Origin: Schmidtea polychroa | Lineage: Eukaryota | Length of the DNA: 64,000 nucleotides | Assembly (NCBI GenBank): GCA_044892525.1 | Contig: CM097885.1 | Location: forward strand, 26,412,001-26,476,000 | Reading direction: 5' to 3' | Notes under the pieces: model-generated | Databases searched by the model: none | What the model was told of the DNA's origin: nothing | Seen by the model: only the letters and a program-made list of their open reading frames with translations | Shown: positions 1 through 13,265 of the stretch, in pieces | Layout: every line of letters starts with the position of its first letter | How positions within the stretch are numbered: the stretch's first letter is position 1 | Translations under genes and position numbers: made by a program

Positions 1-359
1 TGATAATACTGGATAAACATAACAAAAATATATTATGTAACTCATTTGATTTTAAATCGAGCAAAGCATTTTATGATACATAATAAAATTCACAATATTC
101 AAACAATATTTATATTAGAAATTTTACTAATTATATATTATATTACTAAATAAAGTAATATTTAAGTTTTAAATTAAATGTTGATTTAAGATTTTTTTTA
201 TTTAAACACTATTAATATAAAAAGTTTTGAAAAACAAAAGTTTAAAATTATTTTAATATTTTTAAAATAGGTAAAGAAAAAAAACTAATTAAAATAATTA
301 AACTAATTTCAAAAATGGAATGTAAATGAAATATAAATTGTGAATAAATCTCTATTACA

Positions 360-630
360 GTAGTTTCATGTGGTTTGCAATGCGATTCATTAGATGTTTG
401 AAGTTCGGTGATCTTGTGATCGCAAATGATACCTTGATTCTCTGACCAAAATTTCTCGATTTACTTGATCATTTTGTTCAACTTGCGCACATATTACCAT
501 GCCGCGTCGTTTTTACACATTTTTGGACAGTTGGTATGGCTCTGTCAGTTTGGCGAGCTGCTTTCGATGTATAGCGTGCTACGTATTGAAGAAATTTTTA
601 CATAGGATCCATTGCAAATCTGTCTATTAA
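360..630 (-). pseudogene. Decayed coiled-coil ORF fragment, paralog of 25585-25950
   Basis: Reverse complement reads DPM*KFLQYVARY... and contains gagaaattttggtcagagaatcaaggtatcatttgcgatcacaagatcac, aligning by eye with DPMKKFHQDVERY... and gagaagtttcgggttgaagatcaagagatcatttgcgatctcaagatcac at 25600-25810; contains stops. Confidence 0.5.
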
Positions 631-964
631 ATCTAAATTAAAAGCGCTGATGTTAATAATACAACCATTTACATTTTTCGATAATAAAAAGTTATAAAAT
701 AATATCAATTTTTTTATTGTAGAAAAAATATATAGTCATAAAATTTTTTATTGATATCTATTTTTCATTTTGAAGTAAATATATTTTTAATTTGGTACCC
801 TAAATTTTACTTATTTCTTTCTTATTTTCAAAATTTCTAGTCATCAAAAACTTTACTTATTTACTTTTATGATTACTGACTTGATCGTTTTTTTAAAATC
901 AAATAAATTCAATAAAGAAATTGTTGAATATAAAAATTTTTATATATTCAAATAGTGGTAGACT

Positions 965-1250
965 TTCTTCCAGGAGCGCTTCATTATTTCAATTTGTTTG
1001 TTAGATATGGCTTTTCTTTCTACTAGTCCATTTCACATTCAACGTTTAAGGAGTTAGTGAAGAAAGCACTACGCAACATAAAGGGGTCAATGGTTTGTTT
1101 TGATGATATTTTTGTGTTCACAGAGACGAAATAGCAATATTGTGCGGTTCTGAAAGAGGTGCTAAAAAGAGTTTGATGAGCCGGTTTGAGAATAGACCCA
1201 GAAAATTTCATACACTGGTTCTAGAACTACTACACATTTGTGGGTTACAA
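965..1250 (+). pseudogene. Ty3/Gypsy reverse transcriptase fragment (degenerate)
   Basis: Manual translation ...TFKELVKKALRNIKGSMVCFDDIFVFTETK*QYCAVLKEVLKRV**AGLRIDPE...TFVGY matches the Gypsy RT pattern FQRLM..VL.GL....YLDDILI....EH...L..VL.RL..AGL.L..EKC...FLGH; in-frame stops. Confidence 0.7.
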
Positions 1251-1599
1251 GTAAACCATATTTTACCCTTTATGTTGTTTCCAGTGTAACATAAGATACA
1301 ATGATGTCACATCACTTGATACCCGTTGAGTGATAAATGTTGGTACTGTTTTGAGGGTTTGAGTACCAGCAAAAGTAAGCGCGCTTTTCCGCATTGTAAT
1401 TGGCGAGTACAAATACGGTTTCATGGACTACCGATAGAATGATTGCGTCTGATTTTTATTCTGATCTCTATCTGTCAACTTCTTTTCCCCAACATCATCA
1501 TGACATTGAACATACCTGTATAACATTCAATCATTAGGTTCATATAACCAAGCAAAATTTTACACCCATATATGCTCACATGGAAATGTTTTGGGTGGA

Positions 1600-2900
1600 A
1601 GAGTCGGCTAGGCTGCTCTGCCCGGGCGTTTCCTCTTGTTGGTTACTTAGGAGAAAGAAAATATTATGCGCTCAGATGGAGTTCCCTAAACAATCTTCAT
1701 GACTTCTCAATCACTTCCCTTACGAGTGCCCGTGATGAAATGTCACGTTGGTGATGCACATGCAGGTCGGAACTTACCAGCAGGTGAGCCCTTGTGGTAG
1801 GACTACTCCCGGTAAATTCACGATGCGGGTTCTTCAGTGCCATAGAAGGACTTACCTCATTCGGTCAACAGAACAGTACGACCCTGGTCCAAGGGGACGA
1901 CTTTCCTTACTCAATATCACTGTAGTACAAAATCCGTTAAATTCCAACTCAGACAAACTTATAGACATTCATAAGATACAGAATAGACATCCATAAGATT
2001 TATTGTATATAACAAAACAAAACGCTTTCAATGAGCCAAATACACTTGATTCAAAGGTTTCAAAGTTTACATTGAATATTGTTCATCCACTTGCGAGTGA
2101 TATATATAGGTACCTTTGGTTGTCACTTACGAAAACATCTCTCCCTCGTCTAACAGGGCATCTATGTCACCCTTCAGCCGAGCATATTCCTGAGAGTGTA
2201 GTGTTTCGGATGGAATGATATGATAGGATTCCGTCGCGGCGGGCGAAATTGTCGTTGGGATTGTGTCCTTGGTATCCTGAGCCGCAAATAATGAAGCTTC
2301 CAAAGCGGCGATCACGTATCGACGTTTATGGTTCTTTTCAGCCCGAAAGGGGAGTTTCCGTTTTTTCGACGACGTTGTAGTAGGTTCGTTTATGAGACTA
2401 GAAATCAGAGTGGGATTGTATCTCTGGTGCTCGTTATCGGTGCTTTAGATTCCTTTGATGACCCGGACAGGACTGGATCGGCTATGAATGGAAAGTGACT
2501 TCTATGCCCAATACAAGTGGTTACTGGAAATTGTGATTCATCAACTCGGTGATGCAAGGGGAATACATTGGTCCTATCCTTGATAGGATACTCTCGCACT
2601 CTTTTCTGAATTTCGGATTCTGAGTAAACTTTGTGCAGTGCCTATGACTGGGCCTTGATGATCAATCTCTTACATCTGCTTTCTTCAAGGAGACTGTCTC
2701 TACAGTGCTCCAGTCTCAATATCTTGGTTTTCTCTTCCTTCATTTGTGGCGGGGAGAACCACGTGCATTCGAATATCTCGATGCGTTTCTTTTAAGCTCC
2801 TATGTACTCGTGCTGTTTCGTTATGTCGGCATTTTTATTTGCACAGGAAGAACACTGCCTTGGCCCTTTGCGCGGTAGACTTGGCTCGCATATAACTGAA
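1600..2900 (-). repeat. Decayed copy of coiled-coil ORF plus downstream conserved non-coding module (paralog of 16162-17260)
   Basis: Minus strand reads CSSCANKNADITKQHEYIGA*KKRIEIFECTWFSPPQMKEEKTKILRLEHCRDSLLEESRC...VREYPIKDRTNVFP...PVLSGS...IAALEASL, near-colinear with ORFs 16162-16870; 1720-1910 matches 17010-17200. Confidence 0.8.
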
Positions 2901-3389
2901 AATAAATAAGGAAAATTTATCGAGATAGTAGAGATTCGGTCACAGTAGATTGTCAGATATTTTGGTAATGATTCCCTTCTCCCTATCTTGTACACTACTT
3001 TAATATACTTCACCTCATACCTTATGCAAAACAACTTCATCTTGGGAATTTAAATCATTAAGGGTGAGAGTTGATCAAGAATGAACTTTTTATTTCACAA
3101 ATTATCAGCATCCGAACGCTGCTGAGATTTTATGTTTTACCGATTAAACTCTATTTCGAGGGCGTGAAAGGTATTATCATTTATGGGAAAGTGATACCTT
3201 AGCGTTTTCCTTATATAGCATATTCTGTCCAATCTAAGTGGTGTTGTGTTTGGCTTTTTTTCTTTATTTCTTATATTTTAATTGTTTTTATTAGGTATTA
3301 TTTTGTTTTATTTTGCTACTTTATTGTTTTATTTATTTTCTAAATTTTTTTTCTAATTTGTAGATTTTTCGTTAAATCTTATTAAATTG

Positions 3390-3592
3390 TGAATATTGAT
3401 AAAGATTTTGACAAAGCTTCAGCGCCGAGCGGAGAACCGATTAAACTGGTAAAACTCTGTCGTTGATTGTATCATTGGATTGTGAGAGATTTGTGATTCA
3501 AATATACGTTTGGTAGTTTATTGTTTTGTTATTTTCGATTAAAAGGACACGTGGAGAAAGAGGTTACCGACTTGAATTAATAAAACCCAACA
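3390..3592 (+). mobile_element. Partial LTR (3' part), same family as 3832-4578, in inverted orientation
   Basis: cgccgagcggagaacc...aaaggacacgtggagaaagaggttaccgactt...aaaacccaaca is the inverted homolog of 3832-4010; ends in CCCAACA. Confidence 0.6.
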
Positions 3593-3831
3593 ATAATGTT
3601 CATATGGTGTGTGGTAATACTGATAGTAGCAATGCTAATTTTGCTAATGATAAATTCACAATAATGGGAGTAATTGTAGTGCCTTCACTTTATATATATT
3701 TGCATATTAGCATAATAGAAAACAAATAAGAATTGTTTAAATACTCAGAACAGAAAATAGGCACCTTTGAAATAAAGAGAAACAAGAATATAAGAAAAGG
3801 TGAAGCTCACCAATAACATTTGCAGTAATAT

Positions 3832-4578
3832 TGTTGGTTTTTGGTTAATTTAAGTCGGTTCCCTCTGACTCCTCGTGTCCTTTAAATCAAAACAATAACG
3901 ACCCAACGTATATTGAAATAACAAAATTCACAATCTTTTCTCACCACTTTACAATCAATAATCAAAGTTACGTTTGACCGATTCTCCGCTCGGCGTTGAT
4001 GCTTTGTAAATAGATAGTATTCACCTTTTATTTCTTTAGATTCTCCTGACCCACGTTTTCCTCTTTTCTGTTTGATTTGATTCTTTTTCACCTTTTCGTA
4101 TTCTATATCTTCTTTTCCCTAATCTCCTTAATTCGTTTTCGCCTTTTCCTAACTCGGTTTCTTCTAACCCTAGCTGAGGCAAAATGCCGATTTGCTCTGA
4201 TTTTCCCTTTCTTTATATATTCTTCGAAATCGGGATGACAAATGGTTAATAAATTAATAATTAAATCAATTAATAAATAAATTAATTAATAAATAAATCC
4301 CTAACCATCATCTTGTTGACCATTAGCTACTCTATACCTGTCCCGTTTTCCCCATTCGATTTCGATGATTCTTTAATTTATTGATTTTTCTCGGATTTGC
4401 GGATTCTTGCCTTTCGTAATTGCTTTTACATTTTCTAATACTGCTTCCATCACACTTTCCTTTACTATCGATTCTGTGCATGATCCCGCTTTTATTTGTC
4501 TTTTTTCTTCACTTACATTTTATTTAAATTATTAACCTAAATTTCATTTAAATTTATTTTAATTTACGGACCTCAACA
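3832..4578 (-). mobile_element. Solo LTR (Gypsy-like), 747 bp
   Basis: On minus begins TGTTGAGGTCCGTAAATT and ends ...AAAACCAACA (TGTTG...CAACA); 4-bp direct repeat ATAT on both flanks (3828-3831, 4579-4582); internal TATATAAG box; homologous to 31091-31951. Confidence 0.75.
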
Positions 4579-6009
4579 ATATTTCAGAAGAAACTTTTCA
4601 TCCATCACGGATATCGCAGCCAAATCATTATCACCTTCAGATGGATTCAAATATCGGCATCTCAATTTTATTATTAATAAATTTTCGAGGTTATTAATTA
4701 TAATTTTTTTCATAGTTACTATAGTAATAATTTTAATACGGATATGGGTAGTACTAATAAGGACCTGTATGATAAATATGGTGATAATAGCAACATTAAT
4801 ATGAAATTGGCGAGGATAATATAATAATTGCGATAACTTGAGAACCTGAATAACGATCATTGTAATAGTAATATAAAATTTCGTAATAATAAGGTAATCA
4901 TTGTAATAAGGACAAAGATATTAAAATTTAACGACTCGAACACTGAGAATAGTGATACTAATGTTATAAATATATAAATTTGTCATACTGATATAATAAT
5001 TGGAATGATGACAGGAATATTAATTTTAAGAAGTTAAGCAATAAAAATGGTGATAATGGTATTAGTAATATTAAAATTTCTCGTAATGATACAATAATTG
5101 TCAGAAGTATCAATACATTAGAACTCGAACAATAGTAATGGTAATAATCGCAACCCTAATAACAGTAATTATATAACGATAATGGGTGATTTCTCTGTCA
5201 TTTGGGTTGGCGGGTCGAAAGGTTTCATCCGTCCTTTGGCCTGAGGTCTTATCTTAGGTCTTGAAAAGTTAGTAATTTAACAAAGTCTTTAAATCCCCTT
5301 GAAAATTTTGAGTAGGGATCATCTCTATTATTTTAGTCTTTCATCGATTAGTTTTGTTGCGATAAAATTGTTTCAAATGAACAGACTACATTTCAATAAT
5401 TAGCTCAGTGATTCCTGTTACTGTGATGAATTTGAGTGAGATATAGGTCATTTGCTTACCTCCTTCAGCCGATCTGACCTCAGAAAATAAAAACTTAATG
5501 TTACAGGATGGACGAACACTAAAGATTCTGAAAATTAAATATTACATGATGGGAGCAGATAAATACAAAATAAACATACATATGGACAATAATCAATAAT
5601 ATCTATGAGATGAAAGAAATAAACATTACTATATTGACTTGTGATAATAACTTATTATTAACAATTTGATGTGATCTTTTAATTTATATATTTATGCAAT
5701 TATATTGATTTATTGGTTCTTGGTGACATTATAATAAAATAAACCCCATACGAATAAATTTATCTTGTTTGTTGATAAAAACACTTTTTCTTCATGGTAC
5801 TGGCGACGATGCCATCTGGGAGCTTCGGGTATGATGCGGACGAGCTGAAAACATGCCACAGAGAACTAAATGATATTGAAGAATTTCGAAACTTATGAAT
5901 GTCAAAATATCGTAGAATTGAACTGCTGGAGCCACAATGAGGATTCGTGAGAAGTAGTATGATTGGAGCTCCCCAGACCACATATACCCCCCTCCCCCCG
6001 GGGAAAAAA

Positions 6010-7680
6010 ATTTTTAGAACGATGCCACATATTTTTAGAACTATTATGTAATCGATGCCGCATATTTTTAGAACTATTACGTAATCGATGCCACATATTT
6101 TTAGAACGATGCCTATATTTTTCGAACGATGCCTCATATTTTTAGAACTACTACGTAATCGATGCCTAATATTTTTAGAACGATGACTCATATTTTTAGA
6201 ACTATTACGTAATCGACGCCTCATATTATTATTCAAAATATTATTAGTGATCTATCGGTGACATGGTTTTCGTTTGCCCAAAAGTTATCGTTCCCATTAT
6301 TTGAATTTATTGGACGATACCTCATCTTAAAGCCCTTTGCAAGATCTTTAAGATGAGTTATAGATTCCTATCATGCTATGATTCGTCATATTTTTAGAAC
6401 GATGACTCAATCGATGCCTCATATTTTTAGAAGGATGCCTAATATTTTTAGAACGATTATGTCATATTTAGAACGATGTCTCTTATTTTTAGAACGATTA
6501 CGTCATTATTTTAGAACGATGCCTCTTATTTTTAGAATGATTACGTCATTATTTTAGAACGATGCCTCTTATTTTTAGAATGATTACGTCATTATTTTAG
6601 AACGATGCCTCTTATTTTTAGAATGATTACGTCATATTTTTAGAACGATGACTCATCCTATGACTCATCATATTTTTAGAACTATTACATAATCGATGCC
6701 TCATTATTTTTAGAATGATGACTCATACGATGATTCATCAATGTCACTATAATTTTAGTAATAAAGACATCTATTTTTAGCAACATTTTAAATCTATTTT
6801 TAGTAACATTTTCGAACCAATGTTTTAATTATCGATTATGTAATAGTTTGATTTTGTTTAAATCATTGATTATATTATATTTTTTTTTTGTTTTAATTAT
6901 CGATTACTTAATAATTTAACTTATCATTATTATTGGGAAAGATATTAAAACACGCGCGAGAGTTATTATTATTATTATTATTTTTCTCCGAGTTTATCCG
7001 ACACGATATTCTGTCCCCCTAAGGGTAATGGTCACAAAGGTATTGCTAAAACTTTAACATATTATTACACACAATGTATCAAAAATATTATTAGTGTCCA
7101 CACATGCTACAAGTTAGTATTCCCATCGATAGCTCATCTTAAAGTCTAGTGTAAGATTATATAATTATCGAACGATGCCTCTTATTTTTAGAATGATGTC
7201 TAATATTTTTAGAACGATGCCTTATATTTTTAGAATGATGCCTCTTATTTTTAGAATGATTACGTCATATTTTTAGAACGACGCCTCTTAATTTTAGATT
7301 GATTACGTCATATTTTTAGAACGATGCCTAATATTTTTAGAACGATGCCTCATATTTTTAGAACGATGCCTCTTATTTTTAGAATGATTACATCATATTT
7401 TTAGAACGATGCCTCTTATTTTTAGAATGATGCCTCTTATTTTTAGAATGATTACGTCATATTTTTAGAATGATGCCTCTTATTTTTAGAACGATGCCTA
7501 ATATTTTTAGAACGATGCCTCTTATTTTTAGAATGATTGCGTCATTATTTTAGAACAATGACTCGCCCGATGACTCATCATATTTTTAGAACGATGCCTC
7601 ACCCGATGACTCATCATATTTTTAGAACGATGCCTCATTATTTTAGAACGATGACTCATCCGATGACTCATTAATTTTTA
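6010..7680 (+). repeat. Minisatellite arrays in the left arm (about 19-20 nt and 31 nt units based on tatttttagaacgatgcct), separated by spacer modules
   Basis: Arrays at about 6010-6235, 6385-6730 and 7170-7670, directly visible; the repetitive ORFs in the track here are artefacts of the repeats. Confidence 0.95.
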
Positions 7681-8160
7681 TGGAACAAAGACAATGACTC
7701 ATCAAGAAATTATTATTATTTTTCAAAATATTATTAGTGATCTAGCGGGCACATGGTTTTCGTTTGCCCAAAGGTTATCGTTCCCATCATCTGAATTTAT
7801 TAATCGTTATCTCATTTTAAAGCTCTGTGCAAGACCTTTCTAATGAGATATAGAAATATTTATAATCATTATTAAATTTAAAGATATTAACGCGAGCAGG
7901 GAATATTATTATCATATATCATATATAATCTATCCGACAAGATATTCTGTCCCACTATGGGTACTGCACACATGGGTACTGCTCACACTCAACAAGTCAC
8001 ATGGGTACTGTTCACAAAGTTACTACTAAAAATATTCAAGACAAAACTTTAACAAAGAAAGTCTAAATATTATACTTTAAATATACACTCAAACTAAAAT
8101 TTATTAACACATTCACATTCATCATCTCCACAGTTCATAACATTTTCAAATACAATTTCA

Positions 8161-8209
<49 letters not shown>

Positions 8210-8453
8210 GCAAATATTAGTCAAAAATATAAAATATTTTTACACACATACACAACCCATTAAACTTTATTATTATTATTATGATTATGATTATTATGAT
8301 TATTATTATATATAGACAGAGTCTGTCCGACAAGATATTCTGTCCCCCTATGGGTATTGCTCATAAGGGTGATGGTCACAAGGGTACTACTCACACTCAA
8401 CATATCGCAAGGGTTTTCGATCTTAAAGCATATTATGGTTTATTAGGGTTAGT

Positions 8454-9023
8454 AAATAAAACTTATCACACACACTTTAATATTTAAACGATAAAAAATC
8501 AAGACAAGAGAGGACAAGGCAAAGTGTATGCATTTAGTATTGCCAGGCCTAATGAGCAGTGACCAAATATCTGTGCCTGAAAGACACGGTGGATATTTGT
8601 TCGCGTCCACAAGGGTCGTCTGTGCCTCCCCCAAGTGGGGTCAGAAGAACCTGGGCATTATAGTTTTCCGTACGGAACATTACGCCTAGCATGGGTAGTC
8701 AACTACCAGCACATTCGAAACGTATAATTTCAAAATACATGCGTCATTGGCACTATAACCAAATTAATTAATGTTTTCACTAACACAAATATATATTTAC
8801 AGAGGCCTCCCACTAGTTAGATTACAACCGCCCACCACGACGATCAGCTTGTAAATATATATTAATTAAGGTATAAAGAGGACCCACCCAACCCTATTAT
8901 ATTTAATTTACAAATTTTTCTCGCTCTTCTGCTGGTAATCTATCTCAAAATTATCATCTCCATCGGGCCATTTGGAATACATCTTTCAAATTGGACGTAT
9001 TTCTTAGTTTCTGATGCGGTGCA
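8454..9023. other. Unique 570-bp central spacer (loop) of the foldback element
   Basis: Lies between ...ttattagggttagt (ends 8453) and its inverted copy actaaccttaataaacc (starts 9024); no other copy seen in the window. Confidence 0.85.
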
Positions 9024-9455
9024 ACTAACCTTAATAAACCATAATATGCTTTAAGATCGAAAACCCTTGCGATATGTTGAGTGTGAGTAGTACCCTTGTG
9101 ACCATTACCCATATGAGCAATACCCATAGGGGGACAGAATATCTTGTTGGATAGACTCTGACTATATATAATAATAATCATAATAATCATAATCATAATA
9201 ATAATAATAAAGTTTAATGGGTTGTGTATGTGTGTAAAAATATTTTATANNNNNNNNNNNNNNNNNNNNNNNNNNNNNNNNNNNNNNNNNNNNNNNNNNN
9301 NNNNNNNNNNNNNNNNNNNNNNNNNNNNNNNNNNNNNNNNNNNNNNNNNNNNNNNNNNNNNNNNNNNNNNNNNNNNNNNNNNNNNNNNNNNNNNNNNNNN
9401 NNNNNNNNNNNNNNNNNATATGTAAAAATATTTTATGTTTTTGACTAATATTTGC

Positions 9456-9494
<39 letters not shown>

Positions 9495-9562
9495 TGGTAA
9501 TGGGTTGTGTGTGTGTGTAAAAATATTTTATATTTTTGACTAATATTTGTAATAATAATATT

Positions 9563-9649
<87 letters not shown>

Positions 9650-9705
9650 GTTTAATGAGTTGTGTATATATGTAAAAATATTTTATGTTTTTGACTAATA
9701 TTTGC

Positions 9706-9747
<42 letters not shown>

Positions 9748-10389
9748 TGGTAATGGGTTGTGTGTGTGTGTAAAAATATTTTATATTNNNNNNNNNNNNN
9801 NNNNNNNNNNNNNNNNNNNNNNNNNNNNNNNNNNNNNNNNNNNNNNNNNNNNNNNNNNNNNNNNNNNNNNNNNNNNNNNNNNNNNNNNNNNNNNNNNNNN
9901 NNNNNNNNNNNNNNNNNNNNNNNNNNNAAATGTTATGAACTGTGGAGATGATGAATGTGAATGTGTTAATAAATTTTAGTTTGAGTGTATATTTAAAGTA
10001 TAATATTTAGAATTTCTTTGTTAAAGTTTTGTCTTGAATATTTTTAGTAGTAACGTTGTGAACAGTACCCATGTGACTTGTTGAGTGTGAGCAGTACCCA
10101 TGTGTGCAGTACCCATAGTGGGACAGAATATCTTGTCGGATAGATTATATATGATATATGATAATAATATTCCCTGCTCGCGTTAATATCTTTAAATTTA
10201 ATAATGATTATAAATATTTCTATATCTCATTAGAAAGGTCTTGCACAGAGCTTTAAAATGAGATAAAGATTAATAAATTCAGAACGATAACTTTTGGGCA
10301 AACGAAAACCATGTGCCCGCTAGATCACTAATAATATTTTGAAAAATAATAATAATTTCTTGATGTGTCATTGTCTTTGTTCCATAAAA

Positions 10390-13265
10390 ATTAATGTGTC
10401 ATCGGATGAGTCATCGTTCTTAAATAATGAGGCATCGTTCTAAAAATATGATGAGTCATCGGGTGAGGAATCGTTCTAAAAATATGATGAGTCATCGGGT
10501 GAGTCATTGTTCTAAAATAATGACGCAATCATTCTAAAATTAAGAGGCATCGTTCTAAAAATATTAGGCATCGTTCTAAAAATATGAGGCATCATTCTAA
10601 AAATATGACGTAATCATTCTAAAAATAAGAGGGATCGTTCTAAAAATATGAGGCATCGTTCTAAAAATATTAGGCATTGTTCTAAAAATATGACGTAATC
10701 AATCTAAAATTAAGAGGCATCGTTCTAAAAATATGAGGCATCGTTCTAAAAATATTAGGCATCGTTCTAAAAATATGACGTAATCAATCTAAAATTAAGA
10801 GGCATCGTTCTAAAAATATGACGTAATCATTCTAAAAATATAAGGCATCGTTCTAAAAATATTAGGCATCATTCTAAAAATAAGAGGCATCGTTCGATAA
10901 TTATATAATCTTACACTAGACTTTAAGATGAGCTATCGATGGGAATACTAACTTGTAGCATGTGTGGACACTAATAATATTTTTGATACATTGTGTGTAA
11001 TAATATGTTAAAGTTTTAGCAGTACCTTTGTGACCATTACCCTTAAGGGGACAGAATATCGTGTCGGATAAACTCGGAGAAAAAAAAATAATGATAATAA
11101 TAACTCTCGCGCGTGTTTTAATATCTTTCCCAATAATAATGATAAGTTAAATTATTACGTAATCGATAATTAAAACAAAAAAAAATATAATATAATCAAT
11201 GATTTAAACAAAATCAAATAATTACATAATCGATAATTAAAACATTGGTTCGAAAATGTTACTAAAAATAGATTTAAAATGTTGCTAAAAATAGATGTCT
11301 TTATTACTAAAATTATAGCGACATTGATGAATCATCGTATGAGTCATCGTTCTAAAAATAATGAGGCATCGATTATGTAATAGTTCTAAAAATATGATGA
11401 GTCATAGGATGAGTCATCGTTCTAAAAATATGACGTAATCATTCTAAAAATAAGAGGCATCGTTCTAAAAATATTAGGCATCGTTCTAAAAATAAGAGGC
11501 ATCATTCTAAAAATATGACGTAATCATTCTAAAAATAAGAGGCATCATTCTAAAAATAAGAGGCATCGTTCTAAAAATAAGAGGCATCGTTCTAAAAATA
11601 TTAGGCATCGTTCTAAAAATATGATGTAATCAATCTAAAATTAAGAGGCATCGTTCTAAAAATGTGAGGCATCGTTCTAAAAATAAGAGGCATCATTCTA
11701 AAAATATGACGTAATCATTCTAAAAATAAGAGGCATCATTCTAAAAATAAGAGGCATCGTTCTAAAAATAAGAGGCATCGTTCTAAAAATATTAGGCATC
11801 GTTCTAAAAATATGATGTAATCAATCTAAAATTAAGAGGCATCGTTCTAAAAATGTGAGGCATCGTTCTAAAAATATTAGGCATCGTTCTAAAAATATGA
11901 CGTAATCAATCTAAAATTAAGAGGCATCGTTCTAAAAATATGACGTAATCATTCTAAAAATAAGAGGCATCATTCTAAAAATATAAGGCATCGTTCTAAA
12001 AATATTAGGCATCATTCTAAAAATAAGAGGCATCGTTCGATAATTATATAATCTTACACTAGACTTTAAGATGAGCTATCAATGGGAATACTAACTTGTA
12101 GCATGTGTGGACACTAATAATATTTTTGATACATTGTGTGTAATAATATGTTAAAGTTTTAGCAATACCTTTGTGACCATTACCCTTAGGGGGACAGAAT
12201 ATCGTGTCGGATAAACTCGGAGAAAAAAAATAATAATAATAATAACTCTCGCGCGTGTTTTAATATCTTTCCCAATAATAATGATAAGTTAAATTATTAA
12301 GTAATCGATAATTAAAACAAAAAAAAATATAATATAATCAATGATTTAAACAAAATCAAACTATTACATAATCGATAATTAAAACATTGGTTCGAAAATG
12401 TTACTAAAAATAGATTTAAAATGTTGCTAAAAATAGATTTAAAATGTTGCTAAAAATAGATGTTTTTATTAATAAAATTATAGTGACATTGATGAATCAT
12501 CGTATGAGTCATCGTTCTAAAAATAATGAGGCATCGATTATGTAATAGTTCTAAAAATATGATGAGTCATAGGATGAGTCATCGTCCTAAAAATATGACG
12601 TAATCATTCTAAAAATAAGAGGCATCGTTCTAAAAATATTAGGCATCGTTCTAAAATAATGACGTAATCATTCTAAAAATAAGAGGCATCGTTCTAAAAT
12701 AATGACGTAATCGTTCTAAAAATAAGAGGCATCGTTCTAGAATAATGACGTAATCGTTCTAAAAATAAGAGACATCGTTCTAAAATATGACATAATAGTT
12801 CTTAAAATATGATGTAATCGTTCTAAAAATATTAGGCATCGTTCTAAAAATATTAGGCATCCTTCTAAAAATATGAGGCATCGATTGAGTCATCGTTCTA
12901 AAAATATGACGAGTCATAGCATGATAGGAATCTATAACTCATCTTAAAGGTCTTGCAAAGGGCTTTTAGATGAGGTATCGTCCAATAAATTCGGATAATG
13001 GGAACGATAACTTTTGGGCAAACGAAAACCATGTCACCGATAGATCACTAATAATATTTTGAATAATAATATGAGGCGCCGATTACGTAATAGTTCTAAA
13101 AATATGATGCGTCGTTCTAAAAATGTTAGGCATCGATTACATAATAGTTCTAAAAATATTAGGCGTCGTTCTAAAAATATGTGGCATCGATTACGTAATA
13201 GTTCTAAAAATATGTGATATCGATTACGTAATAGTTCTAAAAATATGTGGCATCGTTCTAAAAAA
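10390..13265 (-). repeat. Minisatellite arrays in the right arm (reverse complement of left arrays), with an extra spacer-plus-array block
   Basis: aggcatcgttctaaaaata units; spacer module at 10895-11340 is repeated at 12040-12500, whereas the left arm has one copy (6740-7170). Confidence 0.9.

Noticed and set aside
1820-1850. Hammerhead core CTGAAGA on the minus strand of the conserved motif; also searched the Penelope 3' flank near 62060
   Set aside because: No properly placed GAAA or stems, and the core is not conserved in the other copies; an HDV-like fold also did not fit
4600-5180. Degenerate AAT/AGT-rich periodic sequence with ORF 4573-4860
   Set aside because: Low complexity; the Ile-rich ORF reflects base composition
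9245-9930. Four to five copies of a ~110-bp unit in the right arm versus one in the left
   Set aside because: Flanked by two N-gaps; may be gap-edge redundancy from assembly
9222-9979. ORFs composed of X residues (also at 56486, 57883, 62981 and 63169)
   Set aside because: They span N-gaps and are artefacts
6010-13265. CRISPR-like repeat/spacer appearance
   Set aside because: Eukaryotic context; units are directly tandem without unique equal-length spacers; no cas genes
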